From NCBI GenBank assembly GCA_964252035.1, contig CAXUOO010000178.1: DNA of 61,777 bases. One strand, given 5' to 3'. The translations under genes and the position numbers were made by a program. The notes beneath the pieces were generated by a model that had not been told where the DNA came from, ran no database searches, and was given only the letters and a program-made list of their open reading frames with translations. Position 1 is the first letter of the stretch, and each line of letters starts with the position of its first letter. This stretch comes from Podarcis erhardii. Taxonomy: Eukaryota. Positions 12,242 to 24,457 of this stretch are shown here, one piece after another.

Positions 12242-14557
12242 TTGTTCTGCTTGTGCTGTTGCTGCAATGCAGACAGCAGCAACAGTAAAGGTAGCACAAA
12301 GCAAAAATTATTCATCTGTGGGTTTGATCAAAGTGTAAGATAGAGGTATGATTTTGATACGCAGATACAATTTAAGAATAGATAGTGTATTATGTGTAAG
12401 TTTTATCTACACATGTATATGAAATGTATGCATAGTCAGGTAACCACCTACGTGGAGGAAAACACACATGTATGCCTGTCTGAGACACTGGGAGGCTTCT
12501 GCACGGCAGCCGGAAGGGAGCAGACGGAGAAGACTCACGGTTTAGAGCACAGCATTGACTGAGGTGTGCTTCACACATTTACTCGCGCATACGAACATAC
12601 ACATAAAATTCTTTGTGGATAACTGGCAGCCTGTATAAATCAGATACTTCCGTTAAGATACACGTGTATGTACAAAATATTTGAAAAAAAGGTTTTGTAC
12701 ATAAGGCACAGCGTGCAATGAACCCTCATGCTTAAATATAATTTAAATGCAACAACAGTCTTAACTAGCAGTGACAATTGATGCACAGGCAGCACACTGG
12801 AGCAACGGCAGTTGCTAGCAAGTAGCAGCACCAACAACGGCTGCCGCGCGACCAATGCAACAGCAGCAAAGAAACAACGAAATGACACAAGCATAGAGAG
12901 GAAAGGTAGTAAAAGTACTTGTACTGGCACAAGTAACGACTGCCGCAGAGAAATCAGCAAGAGCATGAGAAGATACATTTTCACACAGCCACGCTACGCC
13001 CGAAAGCTTTATTGCTAATATCAACTTGCAAAGGCAGAAAACTATTTCACCCAGATCCTAAGTATAGTTGTTTTGCGCGTGAAGAGCCACTTATAAAGCG
13101 CAACCATCAGGCTGATTCACAGCATCTGTGTTTGTCTAATAAAACGTCACATGAAATCGAGGATTTCTAGCAGCATCAGTCATGTACGTCACGTGTTGCC
13201 TGTCTTTAAAATTTTATATACACAGGCGACAGCGCCGCCAAGTAGAGGGCAACTGACGCAGCCTTTTCCTGAGTGATATTACCCCATAAAACACATCGTG
13301 AGACAACACATGGAAGCCCTGCAATCAACAGGGCTTCAGGCATAGACGTCGCGTACAGCACAAGTGAGTCAAAGCAGACGCAGCAGCAGCAGCCTTCGAG
13401 AGCACCTGCGTCGTCGCACAAATAGGCGTAAAGCAATGACTGCAGCAATTTCTCGGTAGTGCACCCGCAAAGGTGTGCTGACTGACAAGATGATAAAAGC
13501 TGTACATTACTAACCGAATCAGTTGTAACAGTGACACACAAACAGGCTATTCATAGACGTACACTACATGCACAGCACAATGCCCCCATGTGGTAGACGA
13601 CCGGAACAGCAGAAAACGCACCATTTGCCTACCTGCAGCGACTGAAGTGGAGGCAGGTACAGCGCCGCCAGGTGGCGCAGTCGAGGCCGTGTTCATCAGG
13701 TGCATCGAAGCTAATTTGTTATCTCCTACGCTAGTTGTCCAGTCTATACGCTGAAGCTGCTGCGTGAATGGAAATAATCAGCAGAAGATGGCACAGTTGC
13801 TGCTCAAAGTTTGCAGGTGCTGTATGATGAATGTACAAGATCATGCCACTTCTAGTCGAAAAAGCTACCAGGACCTCAAATGCAACGCTCAAAAGGAAGT
13901 GCTGGTGTCCCAATAGTAGAAAGCTAGTTGAGAAGGGGCTTATATTAGTTGTAGCCGAAGAAGAAAGAGAGCTGCTGCAAAGTCATGAGCAAAGATGCTA
14001 CCAGTTGCTCAAAGATAACCAGCAGCTAGTGAGTGAATGTAAATTTGTGGGGGCTTCAAAAAAACAGTAAAAGCAAAACAAGGAAAAAGAGATCAATACA
14101 AAGGAAAGCGAGGATTGAAAAGATCTCGAAAGAGTGAGTGTGACGAAGAACGAATGAAGCGGCCACCGAAGGCAAGGAAGAGAGCAGACGAGGCCAATGT
14201 GCTGAGCAATCGAACAAGTGGAGGCCTGAAAAAAAGGAACACACGATGCAGAGAGTTGAGAAAAGCAGATAGGTGAGGTGAAAAGGGGACAGGAAAGAAG
14301 GAAAAAGCCGAACCGATATGGAAACGAAAAAAGGAAGCGGACGTGGGAACGCTGTATCGCAGAAACGGCAGCCAGCTGAAAACCGCTGTAACAGCACGCC
14401 AATGCACGAGATTTGCCGCGACGTAGCGAAGCAACCACGGAAGGGGACAGAGTGTCTGAGCGAGAGTATAATGGAAAAAAAATAAAAATAAAGATGAACT
14501 GGCGGTATCCTTAAGCAGCTGACACAAAAAAAGAGTAAAATAAATTTACATTCTGAA

Positions 14558-14660
14558 TGGTTTGAAACACCACTGCTGCGTCATTACCAATTGAACCTAC
14601 ACTGAGTGGTTTGGAAACAACACTGCCGCGGCATTACCAGTTGTAACTAAACACTCCGAG
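14558..14660. repeat. Imperfect tandem repeat, period ~49 bp x2 (copy A only)
   Basis: tggtttg(g)aaac..cactgc.gcg.cattacca.ttg at 14558 and 14607. Copy B has a single unit near 35122. Confidence 0.8.
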
Positions 14661-17600
14661 CCCCTTCCTACAAAAAAGTGCAGAATCAGCTTTTCCTTGG
14701 ATTTGCGAAGAAGGATTAAAACGGATTGAGAAAACTACAAAAATGGACAGTCGGATTGACAGAATTACAAAGATGGACATTCAAAACTGCGCATATACCG
14801 CCGCTTATTCCACTGTGCTGGTATTGGGATTGAATACTTTACGTGTGTATCTCAGGCACGAGTCCTGCGTTATCCCTGTCCATACTTCCTGTTGGCTCGG
14901 CTGTCGTAGTACTGGTGCTCGTTGTTGTTTGGTCATTGAGGTTGCTGCTTCGCCAGATGCTTGTGTGAGCCGAGCAGCAGTCGCTAGTGCTGCTATACTT
15001 TCGAGGGGGGAGGGAAATGGTTGTCGTTGTCGGTGTGGTTCTCGAACATTCTCTGCTGTGCCAGCAATCAGTGCCACTGTTGCTGGTGCAGCTAGTTGCT
15101 GTGTGGTATCAATAGTAAGCTGTTATCTTTACAGCGGCAACGACTGAAGTAGCAAAAGAGAAAAAACGGTATACAGAAATTACATTATCGCAGGGAGGCT
15201 TACTGACGAGGCCTGTACTTCAGTTTAAATGCAATCTGCAGTTGCTGGGCTTCCAATGAGGCGGTTGATCCCGCAGCTCCAAGTGTGGCTCTCTCTCTGT
15301 TAGCTACCTGGTAAAAAATGCTGCCGCATCACTCGAAAATGGCTGACCATGTTGCTAAGTTCTGGTCACTTTCCACCACCACGTGCTGCGTGGGTTCGGA
15401 ACTATCTCGCTCTGCGCGGCTACATAAGATCCAACGCGTAATTGGCTACACCTAGGGAGCATTCCGACCGCCGGCTAGGCTGTACCCACAGGGCAGCCGA
15501 CTACGGTTAGAGGGGCGAGAGACATTTTACTCATGAAGGCTAGCAACCGGCACCCACAGCCAAAAAGTGGTCTATGAAAGAGAACCGGCATTAAACTCTT
15601 TCCTTTTGTTGTAACCTTTCAACACGTGCGTCCTCTGATCTGACCATAATCACGTTACATATGGGACAACGGCAAAAATTTGCAGCTCCGCGCGCCGCTG
15701 AGCAGCTCAGTTGACGAATCGGCTATGGTACTCCTTTTTCCTCAAATCTTCTTCTCCTTGGGAGATGCGCTTTCAACTCAGTAAAATCGAAGTTTGAACA
15801 CGCGAAGTGAGTGAGATAGATTAGTAGCTTTCAGTTTACTAACAAGAAATTACGAAGGAGCCTTGCTGCACATTTCGACTAAAAGAGTGGAAGTTATACG
15901 ACACTACGGCTATCTAGGTTTTGTTGTGCACATTTACTTTGTCACCCTTGCATTCTTCCGCAAGCATCTCTGGCACTTCGATCGTCTCAGGCCAAGAAAA
16001 CGCCACTATTGGCGGTTTAGTTATACCGTATGTGTTCGTGCGTGTAGGCGAAAATACATAACATGGCATAAAGATCTTCAAGCTCACGTCGAACTTTGTC
16101 ACAATTTGTGTAATGTATAGTGTTCTTGTCCCAGGTATTTACCACGTATTCGGGTGGATATGCGGCGGCGCAATGGCTGCCGCGACGGTTATTTTCAACC
16201 ACTTTCTGGCGTCCTGCTCCTGTGCCCATACTACCGTTAGCATACGGCAGTAATATGCAAGTAGAAAACTAAACTACATTAACTACGAAAAGTCGAGATT
16301 TTCTCCTTGATAACTTCTACCTTTTTAAGAGCGCTGCTGATTGTGTACCGTAAAGCTAATCAATCACCGGTATTATAGTCGTCTTCCGTAGTGAATAACC
16401 TTTATGTACAAATATACACATATTTTGACAGTATACATAAAGCGTACATACAGTTCGATCTTATCAAAATGGAAATAACACTGTGCATTTGAGTGGACTC
16501 CATTAAATATATGTCTATGCTTCTACGACTTGATGTTTACATTTCATTCCTCCTAGAAGTGCGTTCATTCGGCAGCTTTGTCCGAGTAAAGGTGACTAAG
16601 TTTCCATGCATATACTGATTTTAAAAACCTTGCAGGTTTTCAATGTCATACCTGCCATAGGGGAACATCTAGACACGAAAGCACCCTTGCATCTGGTGTT
16701 CGGCCGGAAAAATCGCTGTTCCTTTACTGCGCATCCAGTCCTTCTCACTGGTAGTCATCCTGCTTACAAACGAATCTTCTTTGCAATTTTGTGTGACTGG
16801 TCAGCCTCTCAATAGACCTACATTGAGGGTGTCTACAAGCAGCTTGCAACTCATAATGATGGTACGCGTATATAAGATATAAAGGCCAGATTTTTGGGTA
16901 TAGAGTACCAGTTTTATTGAACTGACACCATGTTTTATCATTGGGGATCTATTTTGGAATTCATCTGTCCTGTATTTTCTGCTAAGCTGTTTCCTATTCC
17001 CTGTTTTTACCAGACTCATTTGTACTACAAAGGTTTTTCCACATCGCTTTCTCTCTGACTGGCTCACACGTATGTCCACTGTGTGTGTCTTCTTCCTGTT
17101 TGGTTTGTTTTAGCTGTCCCTTGTTTGTAAATTACTTAATACCTGCAATAATGTTTCACACCACTGCACAACCTGCAATCACTTTTCTTTGTTCCCAAGC
17201 GCTCGGTAGCGTTGCGTTGCTATTGGGTGATTTTTTGCTTCACGATTGCGCTCTTCCTATCGCGAGATGGCGGTAAAGGTGCTATCGCAGTTCTTGTTCA
17301 TTTTGCGGGTGGTTCTCAGTCTTATGCGTCGGTAATTTTTTTCTGTAACAGCCACTCCACGTGCGCGTATAGCCTCTCCTACTTGCATGTTTGTGCGCAT
17401 TAAAATATGGACTATCTATAAACGGGCATAGACATGCGCAAAAATGAGCAAGGCCCTTTGATTCAGTGTGTATTCTGTCTCGCCGCATCTTCACGTACAT
17501 AAACACTCGAATTCGTATCAACTTGCACTTGTTAGGATTAGATAGGATTTCTTTACATCGGTTATAAACGAAGCTTTTTTATAGCAGCTTGAACTAATGT

Positions 17601-18254
17601 CTACCGTCACTCAATTGAACGGTCACAAAGCAACCAGTTCCTCCAGCTGCGCTGCTGCTGCTAAAAAAGAAGAAAGAAACACGTAGACCTACATATGCGT
17701 AGCCGTGTTTCAAATCACTCAACCGTATCACACACGTACTTGTTCAGATTCGACTCCTAAACAGACGTGCTCTACACCTGTAATTTTCCGTGAGAGCAGG
17801 CCTCATTTCCATTTCAAGTTCATACATATACGTATGCGTATTTTCTATGCACATACGTATATGCATATATACATATTTTTTTTTCAGTAGTATTTTCGTG
17901 GAGTTGCCTGTACTGATACATGTGCACCTTTGCATACGTTCACACACATATGAGTATCTATGAAACGTGCAAGCCTACTGCTGGGCGTAGAGCGGAACCA
18001 TAGACATTAGCAGTGTAGAGAGTTCACATCTAGCTGATCTGTTTACACAGCTCAGATTTACGTGAAAATTGCAGCCACATTGTTTCTGAAATATTTTTTG
18101 GTGCTGCTTGTTCAGTTGCGCAAGTTCGCAGGCAGCTCACTAGCTGAACACAAGAACGACGGAGGCACACTAGCCATCGCGGCTTGTAACTGTAATAGCC
18201 GCAACATCAGCTATTTTTCGCTTCAGCAGCAACTTTGGCAGAAGCGGGGTTATA

Positions 18255-21200
18255 ATGAGGCAGTCTTACGCGCTCCGCCGTACAGCAATGAACTCAGCCA
18301 AATGGGATACCAATAGCAACAGCAACACCCCCAGCACCAGTCAAAGCGCGAAACGCAAACACTTTAATGTATTTAGTAGGGTTGGACTCTATGACTGCGC
18401 GTATTTTTCGAAGTATTCATGCGGGTACGCGTGGAATCAAGCGGACACACAGAAGCGGCCACCGCAGCAAAGTCTATTACTGGTTTTCATGGTGCTACTG
18501 GGCATGCTGCTGATGCTGCAATTCAGCGTCTTTGTTGCGCTGCTGACAGGCAGTCTACTGCAGGCTGACGCTAAGTAAGTGATTCTACACAGTAGCTCAA
18601 GCCAAAATGAGCAATAATGAGGTCCCGGGCTATATTTTACCAGCAGCATCGAAAAGCCGCAGGAGTGACATGAAAGACGATCGCAATAACAATGGCAGTA
18701 ACTGCAGCACATTATCACACTTAGCACCCAGTACAAGCGCTTATTTTGCAGAAAAACGAAAAGGGAAAAGCGATCGAAACAGCAAAAGGATTAGCAGTGA
18801 AGATGCCCACAGCAGCAGAAACATCGCTATCAACAACCGCAACACTAATGTAGACTTATGCATCAATCAAACCTTTAGCAACTTTTGCTGCAACTCTTTC
18901 CATTTTGTGAGATATTATGCCACGTTGGTGTTCGTCAAGCAGCTCTATGTACTGTTGCTGCTGATAGGTTGACCACTGTGTTTTCCACGAGATGTGGAAC
19001 TTGGAAGGAAAAGTGTTGACCCAGCACTACAGCTTACAATCTGTTGCTGTTGAGTAGTCACTATATATGCATGAAAAACATAGTAGTCGAGGAAACTGTG
19101 ACGAGAAATTAGCCGTTCTCATTTATCGGTGTGTTTTGTGAGTCTGCACGTTGTCTCAGAAGCACGGGTCCTGCATAGCTTCCGTCTGCTTGTACGTTTG
19201 GCATTATAAGTATCCAGCTGAGTGTTAGGTAAATATACTCAATTCAATTCACAAGACACTTGCCTCAAATTATAACTCATTTGAATGCTTCTCGCTCTGC
19301 GTAATGGAAAATACTATGCTCATACTTTGTACACTAGTCTCTGAAGGAAGTTCTCGTAAGCTTGTTCTGAAAGTCAGGCGTTGATCACATTATTTTTACG
19401 TGTTAGAGAGAGAGTATAACAAAGAGAGAGAGAGTAACAAGAAGCAAGTGTATATACTGCGAATACTTAGAAGGAGCGGGTCATAGGTGCAGCCACATCC
19501 GTTACTACTCAAACATTACGTCTAGCCAGCTTCAGTCCGCTCTGAATCTCTTTGTCGGCTGTTCGAACTTTCAGGCTTTCGCGGCAAGCGGAATTTGGCA
19601 AGCAAACGTCCGCGCTAGCGGATAAGCCAAAGACAGACGTAGCAGTACCGCAGTCAGCGACAGCGGCAGCAGAAGGATCCACTGCGCATACACATTTGTC
19701 AGAAGAAGCTGTAGCAGAGATTTTGCAAGAATCTGTCTTCCCGTATGCGTATTCATGCCTTACAAGCCTAGCAGCCACCATACCTCTCGCGCTCGTAAGG
19801 AAACGCAGCAGCTTCCTACCGTATCCACACGAGACATAAGTACACCATCTACAAGAAGGCAGCCGCGCTGATAGCTGCGAACGCATCAGAAGCAGCAGAA
19901 CGCTCCCCGAAACAGACAGGAGCAGCGCAACATCACTAGCATTCTGCGGTGGCCGCATTGAAATGCAATAAGCATGATGGCAGAAGCAGGTTCTGTACCG
20001 GTAGCCAGAATAGTAGGATCGAATAGCCATAAGAATCCTTTAGCATAGTTTAGAGTGCCTTGCCTGGCTTAGGCGGTAGAACAAATGTGGTTATAATGAT
20101 GAATATTCAGTGGAAAAGAAACAGCGTTTGCTAGCTTCGTGTATTTGCAGATGTAGTGGAAGTATGAATATGAACTTAGTAGACTATTGAAATTTTTCGC
20201 TGCACGAGACTCGGCTAGTGCATGCGCACGCGACCGTGGCGTATTGTCTCCAAAATAATTATGCATATGGACACTATATATATATATATATATATATATA
20301 AGCACATGTGGATACTTGTATATACTTCTGCAGCTGGAAACAATGACAAAAAAATGGTTAGACCGACAGGAAAGAATGCAAAAGCACAGAGGAGTATTGT
20401 GAATCGATTCAATTTGCGTTCACGCATACTCATTCGCTCGATAAAAGATGATGAAGTCATAAAGGCAAAATGATTTTATACACCTGCAGCACATCATCCA
20501 GTTCACTTGCGTCTGGGTATACTATTGTTGCTGCAGATAATTCTGGTCTGTTTCACGTCGTACAGCAGTACATCTGTGAAGGAGAAAACCTCTTCTACTA
20601 CTTTGTTAAGCGTTCGACCACTAGCAGATGGTGCTATCGCCGCCCGAGCGCTACGGTACAGTCGTGGGTGCGGTAGCAGCGAGAGACGGAGCTGGAGCAG
20701 CAGAAGCGACAGGCCGTGCGAAGACGTTTTTTGCCATACAAGACTTAAAAGAAATGAGCAGCAGTCTTTGGAGTCGCCTGCTGCTGTGCAGAAACGCATT
20801 CTGCAAAGGCAGCTTAAAAAGACAACCTCAGTGCCTCTAGCACACCAACCAATGCGGCAACAAGAATACCAGCAGAGACACCAAAACAGCGACAGTAGCA
20901 GCAAACAAAAACACATGACAGCAGCAGCCGATCAGCAAGTACACTTAACGAGCTGCTGGGAGAACATTTCAACAAGTTCTGCTGCCCGACGCACCTTGAG
21001 CAGCTCCAGTAGATTAGGAAACTTGACACGCTTCCGCATGAGCAGGGCGGCAAGGGGTGACAGCAGGCGGCGCCGAAATCGCGCAGCTATTGCAGGGTTA
21101 AAGGCAGAAGCTGGAGAAAAAGCGACTCCAGTGCGAACACTAATGTTCGCGTGTTATCTAGTGGGATTTTGCGTCTCGATCACTTTTTTTGCAGTTGCAA

Positions 21201-24200
21201 GAGTACCTCAAGCCGCGGTAAGCAAACATATATGTGTACAGTTTTCAGTAGCCTACGCTCATTCAAGAAGTATAGAAAACTTTTAGGCATGTTTATATCA
21301 GAATACTTTCTCTCTAGGTATCTGAGCTTTTTCCGTGCTTGACGCAGATTCCTACATATCATTCAGCATCTCTACGCATTCCTTCGCAACTGCTCTAATT
21401 CTTGTGCAGGCTATTTCTGGATTAAAAAACACGCATTTGTCAATTTTTGAAGCTGCTGATATCACGGTTTTTGCTACTATGTTGTACCCCTCTCGCGACT
21501 ACAGTCTCCTTTTTGTCAACTTGCGCGTTGCTTAGACCATGTTTTCCATTAGCCAGACTCAGCACATAACCAAGAATGGCATACAGGACAATACACTGAT
21601 ACATATACATATATATACATATACATATATATATATATGTTTTTAGGTAAGTGCATTGAATATAGGTGAAACTATTTACATAATTTCGTATGTGTATGCA
21701 GAAAGAATGCACATACATGTACATATAACTCAGATATCATACTGAGAAAATTGCAATATGACAGCCTCATATAACTCTGTCGCTACAACATGAATTTGGT
21801 GCGTCAATCTTATACGTCTCTATCTGTTTTTGGTGCGGATTGAGCTGCAGTGTGGAAAAACATGCCCAATACACTGGACAAGTATGCACAGCGCAGCAGA
21901 ATGGCTTTTCTTGTTTTTATTTCTTTTCTGGTGGAGCGGTGCGCTTCTTGCACTGCATCTCTACATTTTAAAACAAAAACACCCGCCAGTATATTATCTG
22001 CGAGGAGTCCTCACGCGCACAAGCCGAGACCATCTCGCACCACAAAACCGGCAGCGACTAACGCCCCAGCACACAACCCGTCAAACGCAGTTTTCCCAGT
22101 CAGAACAACAGCTGGAACGGCACCATCCCCAGCTTCACCAGCAGCAGATGCACCAGAAGCAGGAACAACTTGTGCAAAAGCAGCAGCAAGATCGAAAGGC
22201 TTTAGACGCTCCTCCTGCTTTACCTGTCCCTGCAACGGCTTGCGGAGAAAGCGGCGTCAGTAGAGAGTTGCCTCTATGCTCTGGACTCTGCGACACCAGC
22301 GAAGTATTACGTGCTTTACAGTGTGATAGCAACGACAGCATTAGTGCATTCGACGAGAGTCACACACGCAAGGACTGCAGCAGCGTTGGCAGCTGCAGCA
22401 CTAGGAACAGCTTCAGCTCCACGAGATCCAAATCCGATTGTGTGTCAGATGTTTCAAATGCCTCCCGGCTCTCTAAACGCTCTTTTTCCGAAACAAGTCT
22501 GGACTCATGTGGTTCTCACTCGCGTGGACAGATGCAGAGTCTCAGTTCAGGGTCTCCCTCATTTGGTGCTGCTGTTCATCCAGATCCGCACACTACGCAG
22601 AAACAGCTACTTCACCAAGCACACGTGTTGCCGCTACTTCAGCGCAACTGCAGCAGCACCGCAGGAAGCAGTGAACATTATTATGCGGAGTGCAGCACTG
22701 AGACCACCTGCTGCACCACTAGCAGCAACAGCGAATTTAGTTCGCCTCTGTCTTCGGAAGACCGCAGCCCTGAAGAAAGAAACACCATCGATCTGCAACA
22801 GCTAACACGCGACTCTCCACAAGGTTTTGCCTCTCTAGCGTCTTTTCTGGCAAGAGCAGCAACAGCAGCAGACGAAACACCCACCGGAGCACTATGTGCA
22901 CCTAGTTTGCCAAGCAATTCTTGCGGCCACTCGATAACAACGCAGGCAGCGTCTGCCATATTTGAATCCGAAATTCACACTACAGCAGAGGCTACTGCTT
23001 TGGCAGATGGCAGTTTCGTGGTGCCGCGTACAGAGGAAGCTTCCAGCAGCAGACACGCTAAAGAATCAGAGGCTCCTCGAGCACCATCAAGACCAGTTCG
23101 CCCAAGCGTTGTTATTTGCAATTCTACGGTTTTAAGTGAAGGCCATTGCGTGCAACGAACACCGTGCAATAGAAATTTGCATGCATCCACGCCGCCAAAT
23201 CATCAGGAGTTAAGTGGTGGAAAAACTTTTAGCAACGAGCGTGCCGACAGAGAAAGCAGGCTTATTTAGACCTCCCCCATCAGCTGCACCAACGTGAAGA
23301 GCAGCAGACTCAACTACAGGTATCTTATACGCAGTCTAACCAGAAGGAAAGTTCTCCTTCTCTGCATCAACAGCAACAAGAACCTCCGTTCGCTAACCGA
23401 CAGCTGCAGCCAGTACCGATATTGCAGCTATCCCCTGCCGACTATCAGAAACAGCTCCAGCAGCGGCTTCATGAGTTGTCCCAGCAGCGTTTGCATCAAC
23501 TGGATGAGGCCCATTTACAGGAATCACGGCACCATTCACTTCAGCAGCAACTGCATACAGGATTCACTGCAGGAGAAAAGAGAGTCGGGACAGGACTAGC
23601 ACAACAAGATTGCGGGAAAGATGCTGGATTGCTGCAGGTGTTGTGGCCGCTTGCTGGCGAGCAGCAGGCAACGTTGCTGCAGCGAGTTTTTGGTAGAAGA
23701 ACACCAAAATTGGCTGCTGTACTCCCACGGAAAAGAACTTCCACTCTGGGGAAGCTTTATCACATAAGAGGAGTTTACTCGCGTCGACAGTCTACACCGG
23801 ACTCGTTCAGACATGATGCAGCTACTTTCGGCAATTTGCTTCAGCAGCAGCACCAGCTGCATGCGCCGCTTCCTGTCGTGAGAGGGCGCCAATCACGTCA
23901 TAGTCTCAAGGAAAGCATGTAAATTGCAGCAGCCGCCCCGCTGTGTGCTTTGTTTTTTTAAAGCTGCGGTGAAGAATACCTCGTTTGTGTTGTGGCAGAA
24001 ACAACTGCTAATAATGTTGTGTCTCATCGCCACACATTTGGGGAGAGTCAAAAACGCTGGCAAAAAAGCGCATAGGCAGCTTAGCAGAGCACTTGAATCG
24101 ACAAAGTGAGATGTTCGATCAGCCGTATGAGTGATAATACGTGATGGGTGAAGTCTTATAGCAAACCATCACAGGCACTATAAGCAGAGCCAGCGGCAGG

Positions 24201-24457
24201 ACAATTAGAGCTTGTCCAGCTGCAACGGCAGCAGCAGCGATGTCAAAGACGAAGCCGTTAAGCAGACAATATATGCGCAGTCGGTGTGCGGCGCAGCTGG
24301 ACGGCTTGCCCAGGTAGAAGCGTCACCATTGTACGCGCAGCAACAGGAGAACGCGAATATTCACGTTGCATGTAACCATATATCCTAAGAATTACCCCCA
24401 CCTGGGCACTTCCAGAGGCGCACCTTCACCCAGCTGCAAACGTGGAACAAATCATGA
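18255..24457 (+). pseudogene. Copy A of the multi-pass membrane protein gene, disrupted (+1 frameshift and premature TAA)
   Basis: Exons 18255-18574, 19575-19794, 19940-20000, 20490-21217, (optional 21410-21526), 21851-23918 and 24220-24457 use the same splice sites and phases as copy B. A5 at 23221-23225 versus A4 in copy B truncates the frame at 23269. TAA at 24386-24388 aligns with GAA in copy B. The A-run could be a sequencing error. Confidence 0.7.
20275..20300. repeat. (TA)n microsatellite, intronic in copy A and absent at the matching position in copy B
   Basis: Read directly from the sequence. Confidence 0.95.

Noticed and set aside
13660-13740. tRNA box-A-like TGGCGCAGTCGAGG
   Set aside because: No box B/TPsiC (GTTCRA) at the right distance and no cloverleaf. 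The motif is altered in copy B.
13998-14527. Three overlapping hydrophobic minus-strand ORFs (also 34569-34983)
   Set aside because: A by-product of purine skew on the plus strand. All three frames are open and the peptides are not conserved between copies.
19840-20030. Conserved in-frame TAG codons in both paralogs, suggesting stop-codon reassignment or readthrough
   Set aside because: The first TAG is the 3' splice site of exon 3 and a conserved G|GTAG donor precedes the second. OST3 appears to end in TAG and ATPTG15 ends in TGA, so the standard code fits.
20069-21724. ORFs reading YIYIYI / MYMY (also 38120-38393, 41918-42202, 59461-59766)
   Set aside because: These are translations of TA microsatellites in introns or intergenic DNA.
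22011-23892. Numerous minus-strand and alternate-frame ORFs over the large exons (also 361-1053, 2198-3066, 42489-44368, 54663-55151)
   Set aside because: Antisense or shadow frames of the real plus-strand exons.
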